Numbered from the stretch's first letter, positions 18,425-28,908 are shown. The stretch is 64,000 bases of DNA from an uncultured Verrucomicrobiae bacterium (GCA_963775805.1 CAVZKG010000001.1:767989-831988), one strand, 5' to 3'. Notes: a model not told the origin generated them from the letters alone. Numbers and translations: made by a program.

Positions 18425-19687
18425 TTGGCTAGCGTGAGTGACAAGTGTGGCGCGATTAAGAACGAAGACGATTTGGAAATCGCAGCTGCGGCGCGGGCAC
18501 TTGCGGCGGGGGATCCTCTGGCGGCACTGAACCTGGTTGCGTTGCGTGCCGATGCTCCTGGCCTTGCACTTCGAGGTATCGCCATGGCGCGGCTCGGCGA
18601 TCTCGCTCGAGCGAAGGTCCTTCTGCGAAGTGCAGCGCGCGCATTCGGCTCAAGAGACCCGCTGAAACGCGCCCGGTGTGTTGTTGCCGAAGCCGAGATT
18701 GCCCTCGTTTCACGCGACCTAAGCTGGCCTGCAAAATCGCTTGAAGCTGCCCAGGTCACACTCAAAAAGCATGGAGACCGGGCAAATTCCACGCACGCAC
18801 GCTATCTGGAAGTGCGACGCTGTTTGCTAATCGGCCACCTCGACGAAGCAGAGCAAGCGCTCGCCAAGCTCGACTTCTTCCCTTTTCCTCCTGCATTGAA
18901 AACAGTTCACGAACTTGTCGTAGCCGGAATCGCGATGCGACGCCTTCAGATTAAAACCGCGCGCGCGGCTCTGGCTCGAGCCGAAGCAGCCGCACACCGC
19001 GCGGGTATCCCTGCGTTGACTGCCGAAGTCGAAAGTGCATCGCTCGTTCTGAGCGCACCCGCCGCACGATTGATTGAGCAAGGCAAAGAACGATTCATCC
19101 AACTGGACGAAGTTGAGCGTTTACTCGCGTCCGAGACACTCGTAGTGGACGCTTGCCGTTTTGTCGTGCGCATCGGGCGCGCTGTAGTTTCACTCACAAA
19201 ACGTCCTGTATTGTTTGCGCTTGCGCGGGCGCTGGCTGAAGCGTGGCCTCTCGATGTGCCGCGGAGCACACTTCTTGCAAGGGCGTTTCAGGCAAGGTTC
19301 GCAGACGAATCGCATCGGACCCGGTTACGAGTCGAAATTGGCCGGCTCCGAAGAGCCATTCGGATTTTTGCCGATGTGCGCGCGACCAGACAAGGATTCA
19401 CCCTCGTCCCGCACCACACGCGTGAGGTTGCCGTCTTAGCGCGGCCGATGGAGGAGGAGCATGCCGAGGTGCTTGCTCTTCTTGCCGATGGCGAGACCTG
19501 GTCGAGCTCCGGACTTGCACTTGCGCTTGGAATCAGTCAGCGAACCGTCCAGCGCGCCCTCGACTCGCTCGAGGAATCCGGCAGGGTTCAACCATTCGGC
19601 CGCGGGCGCGCTCGTCGATGGACGACTCCGCCCATGCCGGGATTCACGACGACATTGTTACTCCCCGCACCGCTCCCAATTGGTTAG
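18425..19687 (+). CDS. winged-helix/HTH transcriptional regulator
   Basis: Ala/Arg-rich ORF, visibly GC-richer than its surroundings. OmpR/SARP-like segment (VVSLTKRPVLFALARALAEAWPLDVPRSTLLARAF...RLRVEIGRLRR) and C-terminal HTH (GLALALGISQRTVQRALDSLEESG). Confidence 0.65.
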   Translation: MASVSDKCGAIKNEDDLEIAAAARALAAGDPLAALNLVALRADAPGLALRGIAMARLGDLARAKVLLRSAARAFGSRDPLKRARCVVAEAEIALVSRDLSWPAKSLEAAQVTLKKHGDRANSTHARYLEVRRCLLIGHLDEAEQALAKLDFFPFPPALKTVHELVVAGIAMRRLQIKTARAALARAEAAAHRAGIPALTAEVESASLVLSAPAARLIEQGKERFIQLDEVERLLASETLVVDACRFVVRIGRAVVSLTKRPVLFALARALAEAWPLDVPRSTLLARAFQARFADESHRTRLRVEIGRLRRAIRIFADVRATRQGFTLVPHHTREVAVLARPMEEEHAEVLALLADGETWSSSGLALALGISQRTVQRALDSLEESGRVQPFGRGRARRWTTPPMPGFTTTLLLPAPLPIG

Positions 19688-19696
19688 CCTTGTGAA

Positions 19697-20350
19697 ATGA
19701 CAACTAAATCAAAAGCCGAGATCGTCCGCGAGTATGGCCCTTTCCCAGGCGCGGAACGCGTCAACGGCGTTACTTTCGACGGAACACAGGTCTGGTTTGC
19801 GGCTGATGACAAGATCTGTTCCTTGGATCCGGCGAGCGGCAAATTGGGACGCTCGATTAATGTAGACGCTTACGCAGGGAGTGCGTTCGACGGTCAGTAT
19901 TTGTATCAAATCTCCGAGGGTCGGATCCAAAAACTCGACCCGAACACAGGGCAGGTGCTCGGCACAATCCCGGCGCCGCCTGGCGGCAAACATTCGGGCC
20001 TCGCATGGGCCGAAGGATCGCTCTGGGTTGGTCTGTATGACGACAAGAAAATCCATCAAGTCGATCCTCAGACAGGGGAAGTCCTGCGAACGATTGAAAC
20101 AAACCGTTTTGTCACCGGTGTTACCTGGGTGGATGGCGAACTTTGGCATGCCACATGGGACGATGACGGAAGCGATTTGCGACAACTCGATCCGGCGACA
20201 GGCGAGGTCCTGCAGAGCCTCGAGATGCCAGAAGAAATCGGCATTTCCGGCCTCGAGTCCGACGGAGGCGGCCAGTTCTTTTGTGGAGGCGGAGGAAGCG
20301 GGAAATTGCGAGTTGTTCGAAGGCCGAAGCGGAGTTCCGGACGAGGCTAG
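19697..20350 (+). CDS. beta-propeller repeat protein (glutamine-cyclotransferase-like)
   Basis: Four-fold repeat LDPASGKL / LDPNTGQVL / VDPQTGEVL / LDPATGEVL, typical of propeller blades. The product call is tentative. Confidence 0.55.
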   Translation: MTTKSKAEIVREYGPFPGAERVNGVTFDGTQVWFAADDKICSLDPASGKLGRSINVDAYAGSAFDGQYLYQISEGRIQKLDPNTGQVLGTIPAPPGGKHSGLAWAEGSLWVGLYDDKKIHQVDPQTGEVLRTIETNRFVTGVTWVDGELWHATWDDDGSDLRQLDPATGEVLQSLEMPEEIGISGLESDGGGQFFCGGGGSGKLRVVRRPKRSSGRG

Positions 20351-20426
20351 AGGCAGAAAGCAGCGAGCCCGGAGATACTTTCGCGGAACTCGCGTGCTTA
20401 GCATCCATATCTAAGGAGGAAACGGA

Positions 20427-20540
20427 ATGAAGAAAATCGTCAGCGAAGAAAACCAGAGAAACGTCTTGTGTTCTGACCGGCATGACCGAGTATGCGGCGT
20501 TCGTTTGTTTTTGTTCATAGCGCGGAAGATCGTCGATTGA
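20427..20540 (+). CDS. candidate 37-aa small ORF
   Basis: AAGGAGG lies 7 nt upstream of the ATG. Sequence MKKIVSEENQRNVLCSDRHDRVCGVRLFLFIARKIVD. It is below the ORF-track length cut-off and sits upstream of the RRM gene. Confidence 0.3.
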   Translation: MKKIVSEENQRNVLCSDRHDRVCGVRLFLFIARKIVD

Positions 20541-20616
20541 ATTCCTCAAAGGTGATTTGAACTCCCGGCTCTCGGGAACGGCTTTGTATCTGGCATTCGT
20601 TCCATCACCAATATAT

Positions 20617-20898
20617 ATGAAACTTTACGTAGGTAATCTCTCCTTTAGCACCACCGATCCTGATCTGAAGGATCTTTTCGCACCGTACGGAAACGTAACG
20701 GACGTGCATCTTGTCACCGACCGCATGTCGGGCGACTCGCGCGGATTCGCCTTTGTGACAATGAGCAGCGCCGCAGAAGGAAAAGCCGCAATTGCCGGTT
20801 TATCGGGCAAAAGCGTGGACGGCCGTAGTCTTACCGTCAATGAAGCCCGGCCGAAGACTGAAGGGGCGAAAGGCCCTTTCACCAAATCGCGCCGGTAG
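20617..20898 (+). CDS. RRM-type RNA-binding protein
   Basis: RNP2 KLYVGNL and RNP1 RGFAFVTM. Start set to ATG 20617. Confidence 0.9.
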   Translation: MKLYVGNLSFSTTDPDLKDLFAPYGNVTDVHLVTDRMSGDSRGFAFVTMSSAAEGKAAIAGLSGKSVDGRSLTVNEARPKTEGAKGPFTKSRR

Positions 20899-20947
20899 AC
20901 GCACTCCTGTCTCACGCAGGCGGATTTTCTCCGAACCCGTCCGCCGT

Positions 20948-20998
20948 CCGTTCCTGAAGAGGAACGGCTAATACACACGCCGTCTACGGGAGACGGCG
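20948..20998 (+). other. two GC-rich hairpins downstream of the RRM gene
   Basis: CCGTTCC-6 nt-GGAACGG (20948-20967) and CGCCGTCT-5 nt-AGACGGCG (20978-20998). Neither has a U-tract, so a terminator role is uncertain. Confidence 0.3.
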
Positions 20999-21050
20999 AT
21001 GTGATCGATCAAATCACTACGCCGGCCCTGCCCAGCAGAACTTAGATACC

Positions 21051-21266
21051 ATGCCTACTGAGAACGCTATTGTCGTTGAGGGAAGAATCATCGCTGTCCT
21101 GCCTGGAACAATGTTTCGAGTGGAACTTCCCAATCAGCACGTTGTTCTTGCCCATATCTCTGGGAAGATGAGAAAGCGATATATACGTTTGACCGTGGGA
21201 GATCGAGTAAGGATGGAAATGTCTCCTTACGACGTGAACAAAGCGCGCATTGTTTACCGGCTCTGA
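21051..21266 (+). CDS. infA: translation initiation factor IF-1
   Basis: 71 aa with an S1-like pattern: [17 protein letters not shown]...[14 protein letters not shown]...GD.V..E.SPYD..K.RI.YR. Confidence 0.95.
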   Translation: MPTENAIVVEGRIIAVLPGTMFRVELPNQHVVLAHISGKMRKRYIRLTVGDRVRMEMSPYDVNKARIVYRL

Positions 21267-21602
21267 TCAGATCCGCTGATCTTTTTCGCCGCGATAAAAC
21301 CGGATAGGAGCGCGCCGTTCTCGGAGATCGGTACGGCCACCTCGTTTCCGGCGCTCGGCGTCGAAGATTTCGTCGCACCCGTCCACTTTGAGCTGGTGCG
21401 TGATTCGAAGCAGCTCGCCGATCCGGCCTTTGGGAAAGCCTTTCGTGGCGAACCACTGCAGATATTCAACCGGCAAATCGAACAGCGGCACGCCGGACGG
21501 GGGAAAGTTTCCCGGTCCGAATTTCCCGAAAGGCATGCGCACTTCGACGATTTCTTTCAGATCGGCAGCAAGCCAATCGCGCAAATTTTCGTCCAGAGGC
21601 AT
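21267..21602 (-). CDS. DUF3820 family protein
   Basis: MPFGKFGPG...LFDLPVEYLQWFATKGFPKGRIGELL. The start is uncertain (ATG 21602 or 21719). Its stop abuts the infA stop (TGATCA). Confidence 0.7.
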   Translation of the reverse strand: MPLDENLRDWLAADLKEIVEVRMPFGKFGPGNFPPSGVPLFDLPVEYLQWFATKGFPKGRIGELLRITHQLKVDGCDEIFDAERRKRGGRTDLRERRAPIRFYRGEKDQRI

Positions 21603-21744
21603 TTCGTCTGAATCTGCGATTTTAGCGGAGCCTGCGCACGATCCTGCAGATCCTGAACAGATCTTTGCGGCACGTCTGCTAAATAATCGTGCTTGCCAGG
21701 CAACTTCTAGTTCGATCACGCATTGGTTTGAAAATGCTTCAACG

Positions 21745-23289
21745 TCACGGAAGCAACATAAACACTAGTCCACTGATCAATGTCGGTGCCACCGCAGCAG
21801 CAAAAAGGTAAAGCGGCGATATTCCGGTGTCTCCAAAACGAGATGCGAGAATCGATTGCCCAGCGGGATTTGGAGAGTTGGCGATGACGGTCAAACCGCC
21901 GCCAGTCACCGCTCCTACCATTACCGCATATTTCAGAGAGTCAGAAAATCCTGGAACAAGCGAAGCGAGATAGGTAACCGCTGCGTTGTCATTAAAAGCG
22001 GTAAGAATCGTAGAGCTGATCATTAAAGGCCAACGAGACAACGCAGCCAGAAGGGGTGCAATCCACCATTGTTGGCAACCGCCATGAATGATAAGGGCTG
22101 CAAGGAAAAATCCGACGAGCAACGGCGGCCGTAGCGCGATCGCCCGCTGGTTCAGTCGCGTGGCCGAGACAAAGGCGAGAAAGAATAAAAGGCCCAGAAT
22201 GACAAGAACCGGGTAGTGGGCGTTAATCACTGTCCAACATAGGAAAAGGAGGTGAATCATTGTGATGCCCCAGGGAATCGCCCGGACCTGTTCCTCTTTC
22301 TCTTCAACTTCCGGCGTACCCCGCCCAATTTTGGCGAATTCCTTCCGAAACAGTGTTAGGTAAAGCAGATTCGAAAGAATGATCCCGATTACTGCCTTCC
22401 AACCAAATTTGGTCAGCATGTATGGCAGGTCCCAGTTCCATCGGGTGGCGACGATGACGACTGGGGGAGAAGCAAACTGAGTCAATACTCCTCCGACTGA
22501 GACATTGACGAACAATAATCCTAAGGTCGCATACTTTAATGGTTCGGACGGTTTAAGGCTGTAAAACCGGTGACGCAATAAAAGTGCGCAGATCGTCATC
22601 GCAGCGGGCCCGGTAATGAATGATCCTAAGAGAGGTCCCAAAGTTAGAATAGTTAGCCACCAGGAAGAGGGTGTGCCTTTCCCAATCGCCGACACTTTGG
22701 CAATGAGGCTCTCCGTAAACCGAATGATCGGCAATGAACTGGCAATCGTCATAATGACAACGACGAAAATCGCGTCCGTGACGTTAACATTCCCGACATA
22801 CTCGACCATTGTAGACCATCCGTGGAATGCAATGATTGAAATGAAGAGCGGGATTAGCCAGATACCGAAGACGGCTTCAACTTCGCTCATGAAATAAAAG
22901 AACTGCGCTCTGAACAGGAGTCGTTCATGTCCTCTACCGGCGTCCGGCAGATCATCCGGATTATGCAGCAAATACTCGATGGCGTCGTACGCTTGCTGGT
23001 AGTGGTAAGAGATCTTGCGAAATTTTGCGACGAGAAACGTGTGAACGATCGCAGCGAAAAAGATAATCGTGACGACCAGATTCAACGGCTCTTGTTGAAC
23101 GCGCCGTTCAAGCCTTACGAGAAACGGTTGGCCCTTTTGGTCCTGGTAAACATCGACAGGCAGAGGGAATTGGGTTGCTGATGCCGATGTCCCGCGCTCA
23201 GCCGGTGTGGCTGCCTCACTCGCTAGGCAGAAACAGAATCCCAACAAAACTATCAGGAATGCGCTACTCGGAACCATTCCTGACCCCAT
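21745..23289 (-). CDS. polytopic membrane transporter (putative Na+/H+ antiporter, DUF1504-like)
   Basis: 514 aa with at least 10 hydrophobic segments. The family call is from memory of Na_H_antiport_2-type sequences and is tentative. Confidence 0.5.
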   Translation of the reverse strand: MGSGMVPSSAFLIVLLGFCFCLASEAATPAERGTSASATQFPLPVDVYQDQKGQPFLVRLERRVQQEPLNLVVTIIFFAAIVHTFLVAKFRKISYHYQQAYDAIEYLLHNPDDLPDAGRGHERLLFRAQFFYFMSEVEAVFGIWLIPLFISIIAFHGWSTMVEYVGNVNVTDAIFVVVIMTIASSLPIIRFTESLIAKVSAIGKGTPSSWWLTILTLGPLLGSFITGPAAMTICALLLRHRFYSLKPSEPLKYATLGLLFVNVSVGGVLTQFASPPVVIVATRWNWDLPYMLTKFGWKAVIGIILSNLLYLTLFRKEFAKIGRGTPEVEEKEEQVRAIPWGITMIHLLFLCWTVINAHYPVLVILGLLFFLAFVSATRLNQRAIALRPPLLVGFFLAALIIHGGCQQWWIAPLLAALSRWPLMISSTILTAFNDNAAVTYLASLVPGFSDSLKYAVMVGAVTGGGLTVIANSPNPAGQSILASRFGDTGISPLYLFAAAVAPTLISGLVFMLLP

Positions 23290-23435
23290 CAGATGCGTAA
23301 ATGCCCCAGTTCATGGATGTGTAACGTTTATCACTGTGGATCGCATTCGTTAAAATGGAATTTAATTCGAAAGCGACTGGCGACTGACTGATAGTCCTGA
23401 GACTTCCGGAACTATTCCCATCACATCCCAGTTGA

Positions 23436-24035
23436 TCAGTGGGACTGATCAGCACTCCAAATCGTGTTATCGGCGAACACGACTTTGCGTACGATCAACG
23501 TGAGTATAACATCGTCATGAGGTAAGCTGCGCATTCGCTGCGGGCTGCCCTCGAACATGTTCAAAGGCCAGACACCGGTCTGTTGAGTTGGTGCATCGGC
23601 TGGGTAGATCACATCTCGAACCGCACGTACCATCAAGATTTGCTGTCCTAGTCGATCACGAAAGACGAGGGAAGCATCTACTAATTTGATATCTTTGTGA
23701 GTCCGATTCTTCAGGCAGTAACTGATAATGTGCCTTTTATCAAAATCGTATTGAGCATCATTGTATGTGTAGTCCCAGTCTCCAGCGATGACCAAAGGTG
23801 AATCAGCTTGTGGTGTGGGCGAAGGCGTCGCAACGGTCGAAGCCGACTCTTTAGCTTCTTTGAGAGCGATAGCTACCGCCGGGATGTTTTCCAGCTCATT
23901 CAGACGATCTTCCAGCGCTTTAACTCGTTGCTCCAATGTATCGGGCGAAGGAGATGGTGTCTCCGCACTTACCAGCGATGGCGAAGTTGTGAGGCAGAAA
24001 GCGAATATCGTCAGCCATAGATTCCGGGGAGTCAC
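23436..24035 (-). CDS. secreted hypothetical protein
   Basis: Signal peptide MTPRNLWLTIFAFCLTTSPSLVSA, a coiled-coil segment LEQRVKALEDRLNELE and a Pro/Thr linker. Confidence 0.6.
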   Translation of the reverse strand: MTPRNLWLTIFAFCLTTSPSLVSAETPSPSPDTLEQRVKALEDRLNELENIPAVAIALKEAKESASTVATPSPTPQADSPLVIAGDWDYTYNDAQYDFDKRHIISYCLKNRTHKDIKLVDASLVFRDRLGQQILMVRAVRDVIYPADAPTQQTGVWPLNMFEGSPQRMRSLPHDDVILTLIVRKVVFADNTIWSADQSH

Positions 24036-24208
24036 AAAATCTGGAAATTACGAAAATTCTAGAAAGAAGTCACGATCATCGTACAAGCTCTTCAGCCCGT
24101 GGAAGTTCAATGCCAACCAAGTGTCTGCGATTATCTCCTTCCTCATACCTTCGCAGATTTAATTGCCACGGAGTGGCAATGTTTCTGAGCCCTCTTCCTT
24201 CTTCCTTC

Positions 24209-25603
24209 TTACTTCTTCAGCACCTCTTCGGTTTCCACATAACCGTACATCTCGGGCAGGATGAATTTTGCGGAGAGGAATCCGATTAAAGAGAGGATCG
24301 AAACCACAAAAGTTGCGCCGGCTTTGCCAAACGCCTCGCTGACCATCGGGAAGACAAATGCACCGAAAAAGGAGGCTGCCTTAACGAATGCATATCCAAA
24401 ACCGGAGGCAGTCGCCTTGAACCTGGCTGGCGCCGCCATCGACGTGATCGTCATTCCATTCGAAGCATCCCAGTAGTGGCCCCACATAAGAATGCAGGCA
24501 CCAATGACGATGAAGATTTTCCAGTCATTCTGGATTGCAAATCCGCCGATCAAAAGCCCCAGGAAGGCCAGCCCGAAACCCCACATCGCAACACCACGAT
24601 GCCCAATCTTGGCGAGCATCAGCGGCGCAACATAACCGGAAACCGTCCCAAGACAAAAAATCAACGCGGTCACGAGATTTGTGCCGACAAGATTGCCACC
24701 GGAGGAGACTCCAACACCCGAGAGAACCAGGATAACCGGAAGATAAAACCCCCAGGCGGCAAATTCCGCCCCCTGGCAGGCGTTGGAAATCCAGCCAAAA
24801 ATCGTGGCGCGCTTCTTGATCGGATCGGACCAGATGACCTTCAGGAAGTCGCCCAGTTTCGGTTTCTCAAGCCGCACATCCTCATTGGGCAGCATATCCA
24901 ATGAATCGTCGAATAACTGTTTGGAGACTTCCTTGGCCTTCACAAATTGACCGCGTTGCAAAAGCGACAACGGCGTTTCGGGAAGATTCAGCCGCCCCAA
25001 CAACAGGACAATCGCCGGGACAGCGCCCAGAGCCAGCGCGGCGCGCCACAAAATCCAGTGCGGCATGCCCGTACAGTACATAATGGTGATTGCGATGATC
25101 GAGAACACCTCCCCTAACCCGAACATGAATTGCCAGCGGCTCCCCATTTCCTCCCGTTTACCTTTGGACATCGACTCCATGATGTAAGCGTATCCATTGG
25201 AGATATCGCTCCCGAGCGGGATACCAATCAGTAGGCGCAACACAATGAGATCCCAGATGTTTCTCGAAAACCCCTGGGCGATCGCGAGTACGATGAATAG
25301 GACCATCGTCAGAATGAAAACCTTCTTGCGTCCTAAAAGATCGGCGACGATTCCCCCTAGAAGAGCTCCGGCAAGCGCTCCACCCTGAACCGCTGCCGTG
25401 ACCAGCCCAAGTTGAACCGCATTCGGGTGATACTCGGCATTAATGAAGATGAGAACGAAGGCAATTGCATAGAGATCCCAGGCTTCAATCAGGATGGTGG
25501 CAATCATCATCCATCCGCCCGTATTGCTTGATGCTGTCCCTGGTTTATTGAGCAATATTCGGGTTGCCTCGTCGGACAATCGTCGAATCGTTGTCTGGTC
25601 CAT
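24209..25603 (-). CDS. MFS transporter (sugar-porter/phosphate-transporter-like)
   Basis: GGIVADLLGRKKVF, LNLPETP and a 12-TM pattern. Confidence 0.85.
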   Translation of the reverse strand: MDQTTIRRLSDEATRILLNKPGTASSNTGGWMMIATILIEAWDLYAIAFVLIFINAEYHPNAVQLGLVTAAVQGGALAGALLGGIVADLLGRKKVFILTMVLFIVLAIAQGFSRNIWDLIVLRLLIGIPLGSDISNGYAYIMESMSKGKREEMGSRWQFMFGLGEVFSIIAITIMYCTGMPHWILWRAALALGAVPAIVLLLGRLNLPETPLSLLQRGQFVKAKEVSKQLFDDSLDMLPNEDVRLEKPKLGDFLKVIWSDPIKKRATIFGWISNACQGAEFAAWGFYLPVILVLSGVGVSSGGNLVGTNLVTALIFCLGTVSGYVAPLMLAKIGHRGVAMWGFGLAFLGLLIGGFAIQNDWKIFIVIGACILMWGHYWDASNGMTITSMAAPARFKATASGFGYAFVKAASFFGAFVFPMVSEAFGKAGATFVVSILSLIGFLSAKFILPEMYGYVETEEVLKK

Positions 25604-25763
25604 ACAATGTTTCGTAGGGGGTATCGGGTGGCCGTCGGCAAAGCCAAGTGTTGCGCCCTAGTTAAACGCCAGAATGTGCTCTCAAGCAATCCACGATTTA
25701 ATTGCAATAATCGTTGCGACTCGGTCTTGCCTCCCGGTTGCCAGAAGCGATATCGATTAAGTT

Positions 25764-26864
25764 ATGTGGACATCTGATTCCCCCGGTTCGGCGCTTACTC
25801 TGGAGCAGAAACCTTTCGGTACCCTGCCAAACGGTTCGAAGGTTGATATTTATGCGCTCAAAAATTCTCAAGGCCTGGCAGTGAGTATCCTGACCTACGG
25901 CGGAATCATTCAATCGATTCTACTGCCGGATAAGAACGGCGTTCCTGCTGATGTTATCCTCGGGTTCGATAATTTGGAGGACTATGTCAATCGAAGTCCT
26001 TACTTCGGCGCAATCATTGGCCGCTATGGGAACCGGGTCGCCAATGGTCGCTTTACTCTCAATGGGATCGAATACCAAATTCCAACGAATGACGGAGCGC
26101 ACGCACTGCATGGGGGACCGGATGGATTCGATAAGAAGCTATGGGCAGCGAAGCCAATCGAGCATTCAGACTATGTTGGCGTGGAATTAGCCTACCGTTC
26201 TCCCGACGGCGAGATGGGGTTTCCGGGTAATCTGGATGTCGCCGTCCGGTACACGCTTAATAATGCGAACGAGCTGCGCCTCGATTATTCGGCTGTCACC
26301 GACAAAGAGACCGTACTCAACCTGACTAACCACGCATACTTCAACCTGGCGGGCGCCGGCACCGGCACTGTGCTGGATTCCATCGCATTGATCGATGCTG
26401 ACAGGTACACACCGGTGGATCAGACACTCATCCCGACAGGAGAACTTCACGATGTGAAAGGAACTCCGTTTGACTTTACGGTGCCGACTCCAATCGGTGC
26501 AAACGTTGAGATGGATCACGAACAGCTTAAGCACGCCGAAGCCAATCACGGCGGATACGATTTAAACTGGGTGCTAAATCATCCCGGCGATTTAAGCGCA
26601 CTTGCGGTGCGTGTCACCGATCCGAAGTCCGGACGGACGGTTGAGATGTACACGACCGAGCCGGCTGTCCAATTCTATTCCGGGAACTTCCTGGACGGCA
26701 CGTTAACGGGAAAAGCGGGCCTGACTTATCCGCATTGGGGGGCGTTCACCCTGGAAGCTCAACATTATCCGGACTCACTCAATCAGGGACATTTCCCGAC
26801 AACGGTTCTCTCCCCTGGAGATCGCTATGTCCAGACAACCGTATACAGGTTCCGGGCAACGTAA
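25764..26864 (+). CDS. galM: aldose 1-epimerase (galactose mutarotase)
   Basis: YFGAIIGRYGNRVANGRFTLNG.EY, NDG.HALHGG..GFDKKLW, NLTNHAYFNL. Confidence 0.9.
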   Translation: MWTSDSPGSALTLEQKPFGTLPNGSKVDIYALKNSQGLAVSILTYGGIIQSILLPDKNGVPADVILGFDNLEDYVNRSPYFGAIIGRYGNRVANGRFTLNGIEYQIPTNDGAHALHGGPDGFDKKLWAAKPIEHSDYVGVELAYRSPDGEMGFPGNLDVAVRYTLNNANELRLDYSAVTDKETVLNLTNHAYFNLAGAGTGTVLDSIALIDADRYTPVDQTLIPTGELHDVKGTPFDFTVPTPIGANVEMDHEQLKHAEANHGGYDLNWVLNHPGDLSALAVRVTDPKSGRTVEMYTTEPAVQFYSGNFLDGTLTGKAGLTYPHWGAFTLEAQHYPDSLNQGHFPTTVLSPGDRYVQTTVYRFRAT

Positions 26865-26988
26865 CCGGACGGAATTGACGAATCCCGCTCGGCGAACGAT
26901 ATAATTCCGCCACCGAAAAAATTAACTCGAAGTTGAGCGATCGGAGGAAACTCTCGTTCCCTCTGCGCCGCATGGGGTCAAGAGTTGT

Positions 26989-28248
26989 TTGACGGGTACA
27001 CCCGAAATGCAGACGCAAAATCAAACGACGGAACAGGCAGATAGCAAGAGCATCACCGAAAACACAGTTTTCGCGGTGCTCATCGCGATCAGCATATCGC
27101 ACCTTCTCAATGACACCATTCAATCGGTAATTCCGGCGATTTATCCGATTCTGAAAAGCTCATTTCATCTCAATTTTACGCAAATTGGGCTCATTACACT
27201 GACTTTCCAGCTGACCGCTTCGTTGCTCCAACCCTTCGTAGGTCTTTACACAGATCATCATCCCAAGCCCTACTCGCTGGCAATCGGGATGGGATTCACT
27301 TTAGTCGGCCTTTTGCTGCTTTCGACCGCGCGCAATTTTCCGATGATACTTTGCTCCGCCGCGCTCGTCGGCATGGGATCATCAATCTTTCACCCGGAAG
27401 CTTCCCGTCTTGCTCGAATGGCGTCCGGGGGGCGTCACGGATTTGCTCAATCCATTTTTCAAGTGGGCGGCAATGCGGGAACTTCATTTGGGCCATTGCT
27501 CGCTGCGCTGATCATTGTGCCGCGAGGCCAGTACAGCGTCGCTTGGTTCTCTCTCGTGGCCCTGATCGCGATCATTGTCCTCTGGAATGTCGGCCGCTGG
27601 TACCACCGGAACCTCTCCCGGATCAAACCCGCAACTCGCCGCAAGGATTCAGCCGGACGCCTTGGGTTATCGCGGCAAAAGGTGACATTGGCGCTGGCGG
27701 TCCTGATTGCGCTCATGTTCTCGAAGTTTTTTTACATCGCGAGCATGACCAACTACTACACTTTCTACCTGATCGGAAGATTTCACTTACCGGTGCAGGG
27801 TGCACAGCTGCTTTTGTTTCTCTTCCTCTTTTCAGTGGCCGGCGGCACAATGATTGGTGGTCATCTTGGCGATCAGTTTGGACGGAAATATGTCATCTGG
27901 GTTTCGATTTTAGGCGTCGCGCCATTCACTCTTCTCCTGCCATACGCCAACTTGTTCTGGACCGGCGTACTGACAGTGATAATCGGGCTGATTTTGGCCT
28001 CTGCGTTTTCCGCGATTCTGGTCTATGCCCAGGAACTGGTGCCCGGCAAAGTAGGGATGATTGCGGGCCTCTTTTTCGGATTTGCTTTCGGGATGGGAGG
28101 GGTCGGCTCGGCTGTTCTCGGCAAGCTCGCGGATCAGACGAGCATCTACTTTGTTTTCCAAGCCTGCTCGTTTCTTCCACTCATTGGCCTGTTAACAGGA
28201 TTTCTGCCGAACCTGAGCCAAGTGGACCGTGCGCAGCCGGCGCATTGA
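26989..28248 (+). CDS. MFS transporter (Fsr-like)
   Basis: LLQPFVGLYTDH, FHPEASRLARMASGGRHGFAQSIFQVGGNAG. Confidence 0.8.
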   Translation: MTGTPEMQTQNQTTEQADSKSITENTVFAVLIAISISHLLNDTIQSVIPAIYPILKSSFHLNFTQIGLITLTFQLTASLLQPFVGLYTDHHPKPYSLAIGMGFTLVGLLLLSTARNFPMILCSAALVGMGSSIFHPEASRLARMASGGRHGFAQSIFQVGGNAGTSFGPLLAALIIVPRGQYSVAWFSLVALIAIIVLWNVGRWYHRNLSRIKPATRRKDSAGRLGLSRQKVTLALAVLIALMFSKFFYIASMTNYYTFYLIGRFHLPVQGAQLLLFLFLFSVAGGTMIGGHLGDQFGRKYVIWVSILGVAPFTLLLPYANLFWTGVLTVIIGLILASAFSAILVYAQELVPGKVGMIAGLFFGFAFGMGGVGSAVLGKLADQTSIYFVFQACSFLPLIGLLTGFLPNLSQVDRAQPAH

Positions 28249-28380
28249 AGACACGTGAAAGGGCATTCTCCTCGTATCTTCTAGCCGTACTCTTCCTGAT
28301 ACGTTGAGAACACCCAAAGCCGCAGCAAACGTCTGCGCCTCCACTGGCAACTGACTACCGACGCTGACAACTGCCTCTGG

Positions 28381-28908
28381 CTAACGCCGCAGAAACTGAG
28401 ATGCGAGCTGAAAGACGTCGTTCAAGATCGCTCCTCCGTTCTGATTTGAACCAAGGAAGTTGCTGAGCACCGGGTTGGTTGCCTGCGAATCGGTCTGATG
28501 GGTACCGGTATCCAGTAACTTCATCACGACCGGAATCAGCAAGGGCAACATCTGATTGATCAGCTGCGGATTCAAGCCGGTGCGCTGGCCTATTTCGCCA
28601 ATCACCGAATTAAATCGATCCTGTCCGAGCAGGTTGACGATCTCCTGGAGCCCGGTGCCGGGCTGAGCTAGATTTGAGACGGTCTGCTGTACGGCAGCTT
28701 GTCCGTTTGTCTGCTGTTGTTGACTTAGCGCGTCCTGTAAATGCGATCCCAGAACATTCAGGATGGGCTGGATTTGCTGCACCCCTTGACCACCGGGGAG
28801 AAGTTGAGCGAGATTTGCCAGCCCTTGGAGGTCCTGCTGGCTACCAGCGTGGTCTGGATTCTCGATCGATTGAAGCACTGTTTGAAAGAGGCTCATAATG
28901 TGGGTCAT
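28381..28908 (-). CDS. Gln-rich DUF937/YidB-like protein
   Basis: GQRTGLNPQLINQMLPLLIPVVMKLLDTG resembles the DUF937 core. The rest is low-complexity and Gln-rich. Confidence 0.5.
   Translation of the reverse strand: MTHIMSLFQTVLQSIENPDHAGSQQDLQGLANLAQLLPGGQGVQQIQPILNVLGSHLQDALSQQQQTNGQAAVQQTVSNLAQPGTGLQEIVNLLGQDRFNSVIGEIGQRTGLNPQLINQMLPLLIPVVMKLLDTGTHQTDSQATNPVLSNFLGSNQNGGAILNDVFQLASQFLRR

Noticed and set aside
18418-19269. Several antisense ORFs (124, 92, 91 and 107 aa) in the GC-rich regulator gene
   Set aside because: Long open antisense frames are expected by chance in GC-rich DNA. Their products are Ala/Arg/Ser low-complexity.
19709-20404. 231-aa ORF antisense to the beta-propeller gene (with other overlapping ORFs between 19857 and 20549)
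   Set aside because: The plus-strand ORF has a regular four-fold blade repeat. The antisense frames show no pattern.
27351-28307. 318-aa same-strand, out-of-frame ORF inside the Fsr-like MFS gene
   Set aside because: It is Arg/Pro-rich and non-hydrophobic, whereas the MFS frame shows the TM periodicity and family motifs.
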